The notes below the pieces were generated by a model, which saw nothing but the letters and a program-made list of their open reading frames with translations, made no database searches and was not told where the DNA came from. From the human T2T-CHM13v2.0 reference genome, Homo sapiens, in assembly GCA_009914755.4 (NCBI GenBank), contig CP068257.2:2080001-2144000 (forward strand): DNA of 64,000 nucleotides, read 5' to 3'. The position numbers and the translations under genes were made by a program. Positions 1-13,050 of the stretch are shown piece by piece (positions within the stretch are counted from its first letter, which is position 1; the number at the start of each line of letters is the position of its first letter).

Positions 1-3000
1 GAGTGGAATGGAATGGAGTGGAGTGGAACGGAGTAGAGTGGAGGGCAATGGAGTGGAATGAAGTGGAGTGGAGTGGAGTAGAGTGGAATGGAGTGGAGTG
101 GAATAGAGTGGAGTGGAGAGGAGTGGAACGGAATAAGGTGAAATGGAATGCAATGGAGTGGAGTGGAGGGGAAAGGAATGGCGTGGAGTGGAATGGGATG
201 GAATGGAATGGACTGGAGTGGAATGCAATGGAGTGGACTGGAATGAAATGGAGTGGAGTGGAATGGAGTGGAGTGGAGTGTAATGGAGGGCAACGGAGTG
301 GAAGGGGAGTGGAATGGAATGGAGGGAAGTTCAATTGAGTGGAGTGGAGTGTGGTCGAGTGGAAAGGGGTGAAATGGAATGGAATGGAGTGGAGTGGAAT
401 GGAATTGAGTGGAGTGAATTGGAGTGGAATGGAATGGAGTGGAGTGGAGTGTAATGGAATGGAATTGAATGGAATGGACTGGAATGGAATGGATTGGAAT
501 GGAGTGGACTTTAATGGAATGGAGTGTAATGCAGTGGAATAGAAAGGAGTGGAGAGGAATTGAGTGGAGTGGAATTGAATGCAGTAGAGTGGCACAGAGT
601 GGAGGGGAGTGGAGTGAGTGACTTGAAATGAATGGAATGTTATGAAACGCAATGGCAAGGAACAGAATGGAATGGAGTGGAGTGCAGTGAAATAGAGTCA
701 ACTGGAATGGAATGGAGTGGAAAGGAGTGGAAAGTTTTGGAATGCAATGTAATGGTAGGGAGTGGAATGGAACACAGTGGAGTGGAGTGGAATGGAGTGC
801 ACTGGAGTGGAATTCTGTGGAATGGTATGGAGTGGAGTGGAGTGGAATGGAGTGGAGGGGAATGGAGTGCAGTAGAATAGAATAGGTTGAAATGCTATGG
901 AATGTAGTGGAAAGGAGTGGAGGGAGGGGAAAGAAATGGAATGGAGTGTAATGGAATGGAATGGAATGGAGTGGAGTGGAGTGGAGTGGAATGGAATGGA
1001 GTCGAGTTTAATGCAATGTAGTGGAGTGGAACAGAATGGAGTGTTCTGTAATGGAAGGAAGTGGAATGGAGTGGAGTGAAGAGAAGTGAAATGGAATGGA
1101 CTGGAGGGGAACATACGGAGTGGAATGGAATGAAATGCCCTGAAGTGGAGTGGAATGGAGTGGAATGTGGTGGAGTTGAGTGAAGGGGAATGGGGTGGAA
1201 TGGAATGTAGTGGAGTGGAGTGGAATGGAATGGAATGGAATGGAATGGAATGGAATGGAAAGGAATGGAATGGAATGGAAAGGAATAGAGTGGTTTGGAA
1301 AGGAATGGATTGGAGTAAAATGGAGTGGACTGCATTGGAGTGGAGTGGAATGGATGGCACTGAAGGGGAATGAAGTTGTGGAGAGGAAAGTAGCGGAATG
1401 GAATGGGGTGGAGTGGAATGGAATATAGTGGAGAGGAATGGAATGGAGAGGAATGGAGTAGAGTGGAGTGCACTGGAGTGGAGTGGAATGGAATGGAATG
1501 CAGTGGGGTGGAATGGAATGGAATGGAGTGGAGTAAACCAGAGTGGATTCGAGTGGAGTGGAATGGAATGCAGTGGAGAGGAGTGGAGTGGAATGGAATG
1601 GAGTGGAGTGAAAAGGATGTCAGTGGAGTGAAGTGGAGTGGAATTGAGTGGAGGGGAGTGGAATGAAATGGACATATTGGAACAGAGTGGAATGGAATGG
1701 AATGCACTGGAGGGGAGTGGAATGGAAAGGAGTGTATTGGAATAGAGTGGTGTGGAGCGGAAGGGACTGGAATGGAATTGAGTGGACTGGAGAAGAGTGG
1801 AGTGGATTGGAGTGGGCTGGAATGGAATGGAGTGGAGTGGAGTGGAATAGAATGGAGTGGAGCTGAATGGAGTGGAGTGGAGTGGAATGGAATGCAGTGG
1901 AGTGGAATGGAGTGGAATGGAATGAAGTGGAGTAGAATGGAATGAAGTGGATTGGAATAAAATGGAGTGCAATGGAATGGATGGATTTCAAGGGAGTGGA
2001 ATGGAGTGGAGTGGAATGGAGTGGTTTGGAATGGAGTGGAGTGGAGTGGAATTGAGTGGAGTTGAGAGGAAAGAAGTGGACTGTAGTGGAATACAAGGAA
2101 TGGAGTACAGTGGAGTGCAGTGGAATTGAGTCGATTGGAATTTATTGGAGTGAAGTGGAGTACACTGGAATGGAGGGGAGGGGAGTGGAATGAAGTGGAG
2201 TAGAATGGAAGGGATTGGAGTGGAATGGAGTGGAATGGAGGGCAATGGACTGGGACAGAGTGGAGTGAAGTGGAGTAGAGTATAGGGGAGTGGAATGGAG
2301 TGCAGTGGAGAGGAATGGAATAGGGTGAAATGGAATGGAATGGAGTAGAATGGAGATTTGTGGGGAATGGAATGGAGAGCAGTGGAATGGAATGGAATGC
2401 AATGGAATGGAGTGGAGTGGAATGGAAAGTAGTAGAATGGAATGGAAGAGAAAGGAATAGAATGGAGTGGAATGGAATGGAATTGAATAGAGTGGAATGG
2501 AGTGGAGTGGAGTGGAATGGAGTGGACTGGAGTGGAATGGATTAGAGTGGAGTGCAGTGGAATGGCGTGGAGCGGTAGGGAATGGATTGTAGTGGAATGG
2601 AATGGAATGCAACAGAGTGGAGGGGAGTGGAGGGGAGTCGAATGCAATGTAGTGGAGTGGAGTGCACAAGAGTGGAGTGGAATGGAGTGGAATGGAATGG
2701 AGTGGAATGGAATGTACTGGAATGGAGTGGAATGGAATTGAATAGAATAGAGTGGAATGGAATGGAATTGAATGGAGTGGAATGGAATGCAGAGGAGTGG
2801 AATGCAACAGAGTGGAAAGGAATGGAGTAGATGGATTGCAGTGGAGTGGAGTGGAGTGAAGTGGAGTGGAGTGGAGTTCAATGGAGGTGAGTGGAGTTGA
2901 GTGGAGTGGAGTGAAGTGGAATGGAGTGGAATGTAGTTGAGTGCAGTGGAATGGAGTAGAATGGAATGGAGTGGACTGGAATGGAGTGGAATGGAGTGGA

Positions 3001-6000
3001 GCTGAGTGGAGTGGAATGGAGTGCAGTTGAAAGGAATGGAATTCAATGGAGTTGAGTGGAATGGAGTGGAGTGCTGTGGCATGGTGACAAATGGAATGGA
3101 GTTGAACGGAATGGAATTGAGGGAAATGAAATAGAGTGGAATGGAGTGGAATGCAATGTGATGGAATGGAGGGGAATGGAGTGGAATGGAGTGGAGTGCA
3201 ATGGAAGGTAGTGGAAAGGAATGGAATGGAGAGGATTGCAATGAAGTGAAATGGAATGGAGGGGAGTGAAATGGAATGGAACGGAGTGGAGTGGATTTCA
3301 ATGGAGTGCAGTGGAATGGAGTGGGGTGGAGTGGAATGGAGTGCAATGGAATGGAATGGAGTGGAATGGAATTAAGTGGAATGGGGAGGAGTGGAATGGA
3401 ATGTAGTGGAGTGGATTGGAATTGAAAGGAAAGGAGTGGACTGGAATAGAATGGCGTGGAGTAGAATGGAATGGAAAGGAATGCAATGGCAAGGAATGGA
3501 ATGGAATGGACTGGAGCACAGTGAAATAGAGTAGACAGGAATGGCATGGAATGGAATTGAATAGAAAGGAGTGGATTGGAATGGAATAGAGTGATGTGGA
3601 ATGGAGAGGGGTGGAATAGAATGGGTGGATTGGAGTGGATTGGAGTGGAATGGAATGGAGTGGAATGGAATGGAATGGAAGGGAATGATTTTGAGAGGAA
3701 TGGAGTGGAATGGAATCGAATGGAACAGAATGGAATGATTTTGAGAGGAATGGAGTGGAAAGGATTGGAATTGAGTGGAGTGGCATGGAATGGAGTCGAA
3801 TAGAATGGAATGGAATGGAATGCAACGGCAAGGAATGGAATGGAAAGGAGTGGAAGGCAGTGTAGTAAAGTGGACTGCAATGACATGGAGTGCAAAGGAG
3901 GGGAAAGCAGTGGAATGAAATGGAATGGAGTGGAAAGGAATGGAAGGGAATTGAGTGGAGTGGAATATAGAGGAGTGGAGTGGAGAGGTGTGGAATGGAA
4001 TTGAGGGGAGTGGAGTGGAGAGCAGTGGAAAGGAATGGAATAGAATGGAGGGGATTGAAATGTAATGGAGTGGAGTGGAATGGAATGCAATGAAGTGGAG
4101 TGCAATGGAGAAGATTGGAGGTAAATGGAGTGGAGTGGAATGGGGTAGAATGGAATGCACTGGAATGGAATGGAATGAAATGGAAAGGAATGGAAGGGAG
4201 TGGTGTGGAATAGAATGGAGTAGATTACAATGGAGTGGACTGCAGTGGAGAGGAGAGGAATGGAGTGGAGTGGAGGGGAAGGAAGTGGAGTGGAGTGGAA
4301 TGTAGTGGAATGGAATGGAGTCGAGTGGAATGGAGTGGAGTGTGGTGGAATGGAATGGAGTTGAGTGGAGTAGAGTGGAGTGGAGAGGATTGGAATGGCA
4401 TGCAGTGGACGGGATTGGAGTGGAATGGAATGGAGTGGAGTGGAGTGGAATGGAGTTGAATGGACTGGAATGGAATGTTGTGGAGTGGAGAGGGGTGGAG
4501 TGGTGTGTAACGGACTGGAGTGGAACGGAGTGGAATGGAATTGAGTTTAGTGGAATGGAGTGGACTGGAGTGGAATGGAGTGGAATGGAATGGAGTGGAG
4601 TGGAATGGAATCGAATCGAGGTAAGTGGAATTGAGTGGAGTGTTAGGGAATGGAATGGAATGGAGTGGATTGGAATGGAATTGAGTGGAATGGAGTGGAC
4701 TGGAATGTAATGGAGTGGAGGGGAATGGAATGGAAAGGAGTGCAGTGGAATGGAACGGAGTGAAGTGGAATGGAGAAGAGTAGAGTGGAATGGAATGGTG
4801 TGCAGTGGAATGGAGAGGAATGGAATGGAGTGGAGTGGAATGGAATGGAATGGAAGGGAATAGTATTGAATGCAATGGAATGGAATGGATTGGAACAGAG
4901 TATAGTGGAATGAAATGGAGTAGACTAGAATGGAATGGAGTGGAATGGAATGGAATGGAATGGGGTGGATTGGCATGGAGTGTAGTCGAATTGAATGGAG
5001 TGGAGTGAAACATAGTGGAGTGGAATGGAGAGAATGGAATGGAATGGAATGGAATGGAATGGAATGGAATGGAATGCAATGCAATGCAATGCAATGGCAA
5101 GGAATGGAATGGAACGGAGTGGAGAGCAGTGGAGTAGAGTGGACTGGAATGGAATGGAGTGGAATGTAGGGGAAAGCAGTGGAATGGGATGGAATGGAGT
5201 GGAGTGGAATGGAACTCAGTGGAGTGGAGTGGAATGGAGTGGAGTGGAGTGGTGTGGAATGGAATGGAGTGGAGTGGAGTGGAGTGGAATGGAATGGAGT
5301 GGAGTGGATTAGAGTAGAGTGGAGTGGAATTTAGTGGAATGGAATGGAGTGGAGTGGAATGGAATGGGGTGAAAGGGAATGGAGTGGAGTGGAACTGAGT
5401 AGCGTGCAGTGGAATGGAATGGAGTGGAGAGCAATGGATTGGAGTGGAGTGGAATGGAGTATAATGGAATGCAGTAGAGTGGAATGGAGTGGAATGGAAT
5501 GAAGTGGAGTGGAATAAAATGGCGCGGAGTGGAATGGAATGGAGTGAAATAGAAAGGAGTGGAACAGAATGGAGTGGAATGGAGAGGAGTGGAATGGAGT
5601 CGCATGGAGTGGAATGGACTTGCATTGATTGGAAAGAAGTGGAGTGGAGTGGAATGGAGTGGAATGTAATGGAGAGGAGTTGAATGGAATGAAGTGGAGT
5701 GGAATGGAATGGTGGGGAAGAGTAGAGTGGAGTGGAAGGGAATGGAGAGAAATGGAAAGGAATGAAGTGCAGTGGAGTGAAGTGGATTGGAATGGAATGG
5801 AGTGGAGTGGAATGGAGTGATGTGGAGAGGAATGGACTGGAATGGAGTGGAGTGGAGTGTAGTGGAATCGAGTGGGGAGAAGTGGAGTGCAGTGGAATGG
5901 AATGGAGTGGAGTGGACTGGAGTGGAGTGGAGTGGAATGGAACGGAAAGGAATGAAATGGAAAGGAATGGAATGCAATGGAATGCAATGGAGTGCAGTGG

Positions 6001-7199
6001 AGAATAGTGTACTGGAGTGGAGTATTAATGGGGTTGAATCGAATGGAGAGAAGTGGAATGGAATGGAATGGAATGGAATGGAATGGAATGGAATGGAATG
6101 GAATGGAATGTACCGGAGTGGAAAGGAGTCAAGAGAAATAGATTGCAGAGGAAATGAGTGGAGGAGAGTGGAGAGGAATGGAGTGGAGTTGACAGGAAAG
6201 GAATGGAATGGAATTGAATGGAAAGGCATGGAATAGACAGGAAAGGAATGAAGTGGAATGGAGTGGAATGGAATGCACTGGAAAGGAATAAAATGGACTG
6301 GAGAGGAATGGAATGGAGTGGAATGGAATGGAGTGGACTGGAGAGGAGTAGAGAGGAGTGGAGTCGAATGGAGTGGACTGAAATGGAAGGGAGTGAAATT
6401 GATTGGATTGTAGTGGAGTGGAATGGAATAGAATGGAGTGGAGTGGAATGGAGTTGAATGGAATGGAATGGAGTGGAGTGGAATGGAATGGAGTGGAATG
6501 AAATGGTATGGAGTGGAGTACAATGGAATTGAGAGGAGTCAAATGGAGTGGAGTGGATTGGAATGAATTGGAGTGGAATAGATTGGAGTAGAGAGGAATG
6601 GAACTGAGTGATTTGGAATGGAATGGAGAGGAGTGGACTAGAGTGGAGTGGAGTGGAGTGGAATGTAGTGAAATGAAATGAATGGAGGGGAATGCAGTAG
6701 AATTGACTGGAGTGGTGTGGAATGGAATGGAGTAGGAGTGGAATGGAATGAAGTAGAGTGCGGTAGACTGGAGTGGAATGGAATGGAGTGGAGTGCAATG
6801 GAATGGAATGGAATGGAATGGAATGGAATTGAATGGATGGGAGTGAAGTGGAATGGGATTGAGTAGAGTGAATTTAATGGAGTACAATGGAATGGAAAGG
6901 AAAGGAATTGAATGGAGAGGATTGTAATGTAATGGAATGAAATGGAATGGAGTGGAGTGCAGTGGAGTGGAATGGAGTGGAGTGGAGTGGAATGGAATGG
7001 AATGGAAAGGAATGGAGTAGAATGGAGTGGACTGGAATGGAATGGAGTGGAGAGGTGGGGAGTGGAGTTTAATGGAGTGGAGTGTCATGGAGCGGAGTGG
7101 AAAGGAATGGAGTGGAGTGGAATGGAATGGAATGGAACGGAGTGAAATGGAATGGAGTGCAGTGGAATGGAATGAAGTCGAATGGAATGTAATGGAATG

Positions 7200-10100
7200 G
7201 ATTAGATAGGAATGGAATGGAGTGGAGTGGAATTGATTGCAGTTGAGTGGAGTGGAGTAGAACGGAATGGAGTCGATTTCAGTAGAGTAGAGTGGAGTGA
7301 ACTGTAGTGCAATGGAGTGGAGTGGCGTGGAGTGGAATGGAATGCAGTGGAGTCGAAAGTAGTGGAGTGGAATGGAATGGAATTGATTGGAGTGGAATGG
7401 AATGGATGGAATGGAGTGGAGTCGGATGGAATGGAGTGGAGTGGAATGGAATGGAGTGAAGTGGAATGGAATGGAGTTGAAAGGAATAGAATGGAGTGGA
7501 ATGCATTGGAGTGGAATGGAGTGAGGTGGAATGGAATGGAGTGGAATGAAATGCAAGGCAGTGGAATAGAGTGGAGTTGAATGGAGTGTGGGGGAATGAA
7601 ATGCAAGACAGTGGAATAGAGTGGAGTCGAATGGAGTGGGGTGGAAGGGAATGGAGTGGAGTGGAATTGAATGGAGTGGAATGGAATGGAATGGAATGAA
7701 GTGGAGCACAGTGGAAAGGAGTGCAATGGAGTGAAGTGGAGTGGAACAGAATGGAATGGAGTGGAAAGGAATGGAATGGAATGGATTGGAACGGAAAAGA
7801 GAGGAGTGGAATGGAATGGAGTGGTGTGGAATGGATAGCAATGGAATGGAATGGATTGGAAAGCAACGGAGTGTAGTGGTGTGGAGTGCAACGGAATGGA
7901 AAGGAGTGAAGTGGGGTGGAATGGAATGGAATGCAATGGAGTTGAATAGAATGGAATGGGATGGAGTGGAATGGAATGGAGGGGAGTGGAATGGAATGGA
8001 GTGGATTGGAATGGAGTGGATTTGAATGGAATGGAGTGGAGTGGAATGGAGTGGAGTGGATTGGTGTGGAATGGAATGGAATGGAGTGGAATTGAATGGA
8101 ATGGAATAAAGTGGAGTGGAATGGCAAGAAACGGAGTAGAGTGGAATGGAAAGGAATGGAGTGGAATTGAATGTAATGCAATAAAGTGGAGTGTAATGGA
8201 AAGAAATGGAGTGGAGTGTAATGGAATAGACAGGAAAAGGGTGTTGTGGAGTGAAGAGGAGTGAAGTTGCGTGGAATAGAATGCAGTGGAATTGAGTGGA
8301 AGGGAATGTACTTGAGTGGAGTGGAGTGGTGTGGAGTGGAATGGAATGGAATGGAATGGTGTGGAGTAGAATGGATTTTAGTGGAATAGAGTGTAATGGA
8401 ATGGAGTGGAATGGGTTGGAACAGAATGGAGTGGAGTGGAGTAGAGTGGATAGGAATGGAGTGGAGTGGAATGGATTGAAGTGGAGTGGAATGGATTGAA
8501 TGAAATGGAGTGGAACGGAATGGAATGGAGTGGATTGGAATGGAGTGGAAGGGAATGGAGTGGAGTGGAAAAGATTGGAGTTGAGTGGAATGTAGAGGAG
8601 TGGAAAGGATTGGAGTGGAGTGGACTGGAATGTAGTGCAGTGGAGTGCAGAGGAGTGGAGTAGAGTGGAATTGATTGGAGTGGAGTGGACTGAAATGGAA
8701 TGGAATGGGATAGAGTGGAGTGGAGTTGAGTGGAATGGAATGGGATGGAATGGATTGGAGTGGAGCGGAATGGAATGGAGTGGAATGGATTGGATTGGAA
8801 TGGAAAGGAGTGGAGTGGAGTGGAATGGAGTGAAAAGGAATGGATTGGAATTGAGTGGAGTTCCATGGAGTGGAGTGGAATGGATTGGAGTGGAATGGAG
8901 TGGAGTGGAATGGAATGGAGTGGAGTGGAATGGAATGGAGTGGAGTGGAACGGAGTGGAGACGAGTGGATTCGTTTGGAATGGAATGGAATGGAGTGTAG
9001 TGGAATGGAGTGGAATGGAATGGAATAGAATGGATTGGAACGGAAAGGAGTGGAGTGGAATGGGATGGAGTGGAGTGGAATGGAATGGAATGGAGTGGAA
9101 TGGATTGGAAAGGAATGGATAGTAGTGGACTGGAGTGTAACGGAATTAAATGGAGTAGCGTGAAGTTGAAAAAAATGGAATGGAATGGAGTTGAATGCAA
9201 TGGAATGCAATGGAGTGCAATGGAAAGGAGTGGAGTGGAATGGAATGGAGTGGAGTGGAATGGATTGGATTTGAGTGGAATGGAATCGAATGTAATGGAG
9301 TTGAATGAAACGGAATGGAATGGAGATGTATGGAGTGGAGTGGAATGGAATGGAATGCAACGGAGTGGAATGGAATGGAATGGAACTAAGTGAAATGGAA
9401 TGGAGTGCAGTGGAATGGAATGAAGTCGAATGGCATGTAATGAAATAGATTTGGAATGGTATGGATTAGATTGGAATGGAATGGAGAGGAGTGGAATTGC
9501 TTGCAGTGGAGTGGAGTGGAGTGGAACGGAATGGAGTCGATTTCAGTAGAGTGGAGTGGAGTGGACTGTAGTGCAATGGAGTGGAGTGGCGTGGAGTGGA
9601 ATGGAATGCAGTGGAGACAGATGGAGTGGAGTGGAATGGAATGGAATTGATTGGAGTGGAATGGAATGGATGGAATGGAGTGGAGTGGAATGGAATGGGG
9701 TGGTATGGAATGGAATGGAATGGAATGGAATGGAATGGATTGGAGTGGAATGGAATGGAATGGAGTGGAATCAAATGGAGTTGAAAGTAATAGAATGGAG
9801 TGGAATGCATTGGAGTGGAATGGAGTGAAGTGGAATGGAATGGAGTGGAATGAAATGCAAGGCAGTGTAATAGAGTGGAGTGGAATGTAGTGGGGTGTAA
9901 TGGAATGGAGTGGAGTGGAATTAAATGGAGTGGAATGGAATGGAATGGAATGAAGTGGAGCACAGTGGAGCAGAGTGGAACGGGGTGCAGTGGAATGGAA
10001 CGAAATGGAATGGAGTGGAATGGAAAGGAATGGAATGCAGTGGAACGGAAAGGAGTGGAGTGGAATGGAATGGAGTGGTGTGGAATGGATAGCAATGGAT

Positions 10101-13050
10101 TGGAATGGATTGGAAAGCAATGGAGTGTAGAGGTGTGGAGTGGAATGGAATGGAAAGGAGTGAAGTGGAGTAGAACGGAATGGAATACAATGGAGTTGAA
10201 TAGAATGGAAAGGAAAGTAGTGGAATGGAACGGAGGGGAGTGGAATGGAATGGAGTGGAGTGGAATGGAGTGGAGTGCATTGTAGTGGAATGGAATGGAA
10301 CGGAGTGGAATGGAATGGAATGGAATAAAGTGGAGTGGAATGGAAAGAAACGGAGTGTAGTGGAATGGAATGCAATGGAGTGGAATTGAATGGAATGCAA
10401 TAAAGTGGAGTGGAATGGAAAGAAATGGAGTGGAGTGGAATGGAATAGACAGGAACAGGGTGTTATGGAGTGAAGAGAAGTGTAGTTGAGGGGAATGGAA
10501 TGGAGTGGAATTGACTGGAAGGGAATGTAGTGGAGTGGAGTGGAGTGCTGTGGAGTGGAATGGAATGCAGTGGAGTAGAATGGATTTTAGTGGAATAGAG
10601 TGTAGTGGAATAGAATGCAATGGGTTGGAATAGAATGTAGTGGAGTGGAATGGAGTGGATAGGAATGGAGTGGAGTGGAATGGATTGAAGTAGAATGGAA
10701 TGGATTGAATGTAACGGATTGGAATGGAATGGAATGGAATGGAGTGGAGTAGAATGGATTTTAGTGGAATAGAGTGTAGTGGAATAGAATGCAATGGGTT
10801 GGAATAGAATGTAGTGGAGTGGAGTGGAGTGGATAGGAATGGAGTGGAGTGGAATGGATTGAAGTGGAATGGAATCGATTGAATGTAACGGAGTGGAATG
10901 GAATGGAATGGAGAGGAGTAGAATGGAATGGATTAGAATGGTGTGGAAAGGAACGGAGTGGAGTGGAAAAGAGTGGAGTGGAGTGGAATGGAGAGGAGTG
11001 GAACGGATTGGAGTGGAGTGGACACGAATGGAGTGGAGTGGAGAGCAGTGAAGTAGAGTGGAATGGAATGGAGTGGAGCGGACTGGAATGGAATGGAATG
11101 GGATGGAGTGGAGTGGAATGGTATGGGATGGAATTGATTGGAAAGGAGTGGTGTAGAATGGAATGGGATAGAATGGATTGCAGTGGAGTGGAGTGGAGTG
11201 GAACGCAATGGAGTGAAATGGATTGGAATGGAATGGAGTGGAGTGGAGTGGAAAGGAATGGATTGGAATTGAGTGGAGTGCAATGGAGTGGAGTGGAATG
11301 GATTGGAGTGGAATGGAGTTGTGTGGATTGGAATGGAGTGGAATGGAATGGAGTGGAGTCGAGTGGATTGGTTTGGAATGGAATGGAATGGAATGGAATG
11401 GAATGGAGTGGAGTGGAGTAGAGCAGAAGGGAATGAAATTGAATGGATTTAACGGAAAGGAGTGGAATGGAATGGGATAGAGTGCAGTCGTATGGAATGG
11501 AATGGAGGGGAACGGATTGGAAAGGAATGGATTGTAGTGGAGTGGAGTGTAACGGAATTAAATGGAGTGCAGTTAAGTTGAAAAAAATGGAATGGAATGG
11601 AGTTTAATGTAATGGAATGATATGGAGTGGAATGGAAAGGAATGGAGTGGAATGGAATGGAGTGGAGTGGAAAGGAAAGCAGTGGAGTGGAATGGATTGG
11701 AGTGGAGTGGAATGGAATCTAATGGAATGGAGTTGAATGAAACGGAGTGGAATGGATTTGTATGGAGTGGAGTGGAAGTGAATGGAATGCAACGGGGTGG
11801 AATGGATTGGAATTGAACGGAGTGAAATGGAATGGAGTGCAGTGGAATGGAATGAAGTCGAATGGAATGTAATGGAATGGATTAGGAATGGAATGGATTA
11901 GATTGGAATGGAATGGAGTTGAGTGGAATTGATTGCAGTGGAATGGAGTGGAGTGGAATGGAATGTGGTCGATTTCAGTAGAGTGGAGTGGAGTGGACTG
12001 GAGTTCAATGAAGTCGAGTGGCGTGGAGTGGAATGGAATGGAGTGTGGTGGAATGGAATGGAGTGGAGTGGAAGTGAAGGGAGTGGAATGGAATGGAATG
12101 GAATAAAGTGGAGTACAGTGGATTGGAGTGGAATGGAGTGGAGTGGAGTGGAATGGAATGAAATGGAGTGGAATGGAATGGAATTGAATGGAGTGGAACG
12201 GAAAGGAATGGAGTGGAATGGAATGGAGTGGTGTCGAATGGAAAACAATGGAGTGGAATGCATTGGAAAGCAATGGAGTGTAGTGGTGTAGAGTGGAACC
12301 GAATGGAAAGGAGTGATGTCGAGTGGAATGGAAGGGAACGAAATGGAGTTGAATGGAATGGAATGGAGTGGAGTGGAATGGAATGGAATGGAGTGCAATG
12401 CAATGTACTGGACTGGAATCAAGTGGAATGAAGTGGAATTGTGTAGAGAGAAGTTGAATCTAGTGGAGAGGAGTGGAATGGAATGAAGTGGAGTGGGGTG
12501 GAATGGAATGGAGATGAGTCGAATGGTTTTGAGTGGAATGTAGTGTAGTGGTGTGGAGTGGAAGGGAATGTACTGTAGTGGAGTACAGTAGAGTGAAGTG
12601 GAATGGAATGGAGTGGATTTTAGCAGAGTGGAGTCATGTGGAGCGGAGTGTAATGGAGTGGAGTGGCGTGCAGAGGAGAGGAGCGTAACGGAATGGAGTG
12701 GAATGGGGTGGAAATTAGTGGAGTGGAATACAATGGAGTGGAACTGAATGGAATGGAATCGAGTGTAGTGCAATGGAGACGAGTGGAAGGAAGTGGAGTG
12801 GAGTGGAATGGAATGAAATGGAATGGAAAGGAATGGAATGGAATGGAGTGGAATGGAGTCTAATTGAGTGGAATGGAATGGAATGGATTGGAATGGATTG
12901 GAGTGGAGTGTACTGGAGTAGAGTGGAGTGGAATGGAGTGGAATAGAACGGAATGGAGTGGAGTAGAGAAGAGTGTACTGGAGTGGATTGGAATGGGGTG
13001 GAATGGAATGGAGTGAAGTGGAATGGAATGGAATGGACTGCATTGGAACG
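7200..13050. repeat. Local higher-order repeat (HOR) of HSat3, period ~2.26-2.43 kb, about 2.5 copies
   Basis: The anchor 'ggaatggagtcgatttcagtagagt(g/a)gagtgga(c/a)tgtagtgcaatggagtggagtggcgtggagtggaatggaatgcagtggag' recurs at ~7265, ~9525 and ~11960. The long flanking stretches are also paralogous (7580-8560 vs 9950-10900; 9200-9360 vs 11610-11790). The translated pseudo-ORFs repeat as well (C-terminal '[47 protein letters not shown]' at 7202, 9466 and 11898). Confidence 0.75.
10584..10900. repeat. ~162-bp tandem duplication inside HOR copy 2
   Basis: 'gagtagaatggattttagtggaatagagtgtagtggaatagaatgcaatgggttggaatagaatgtagtggagtgga...ggataggaatggagtggagtggaatggattgaagt' occurs twice back to back, at ~10584-10745 and ~10746-10900. 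Confidence 0.7.
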
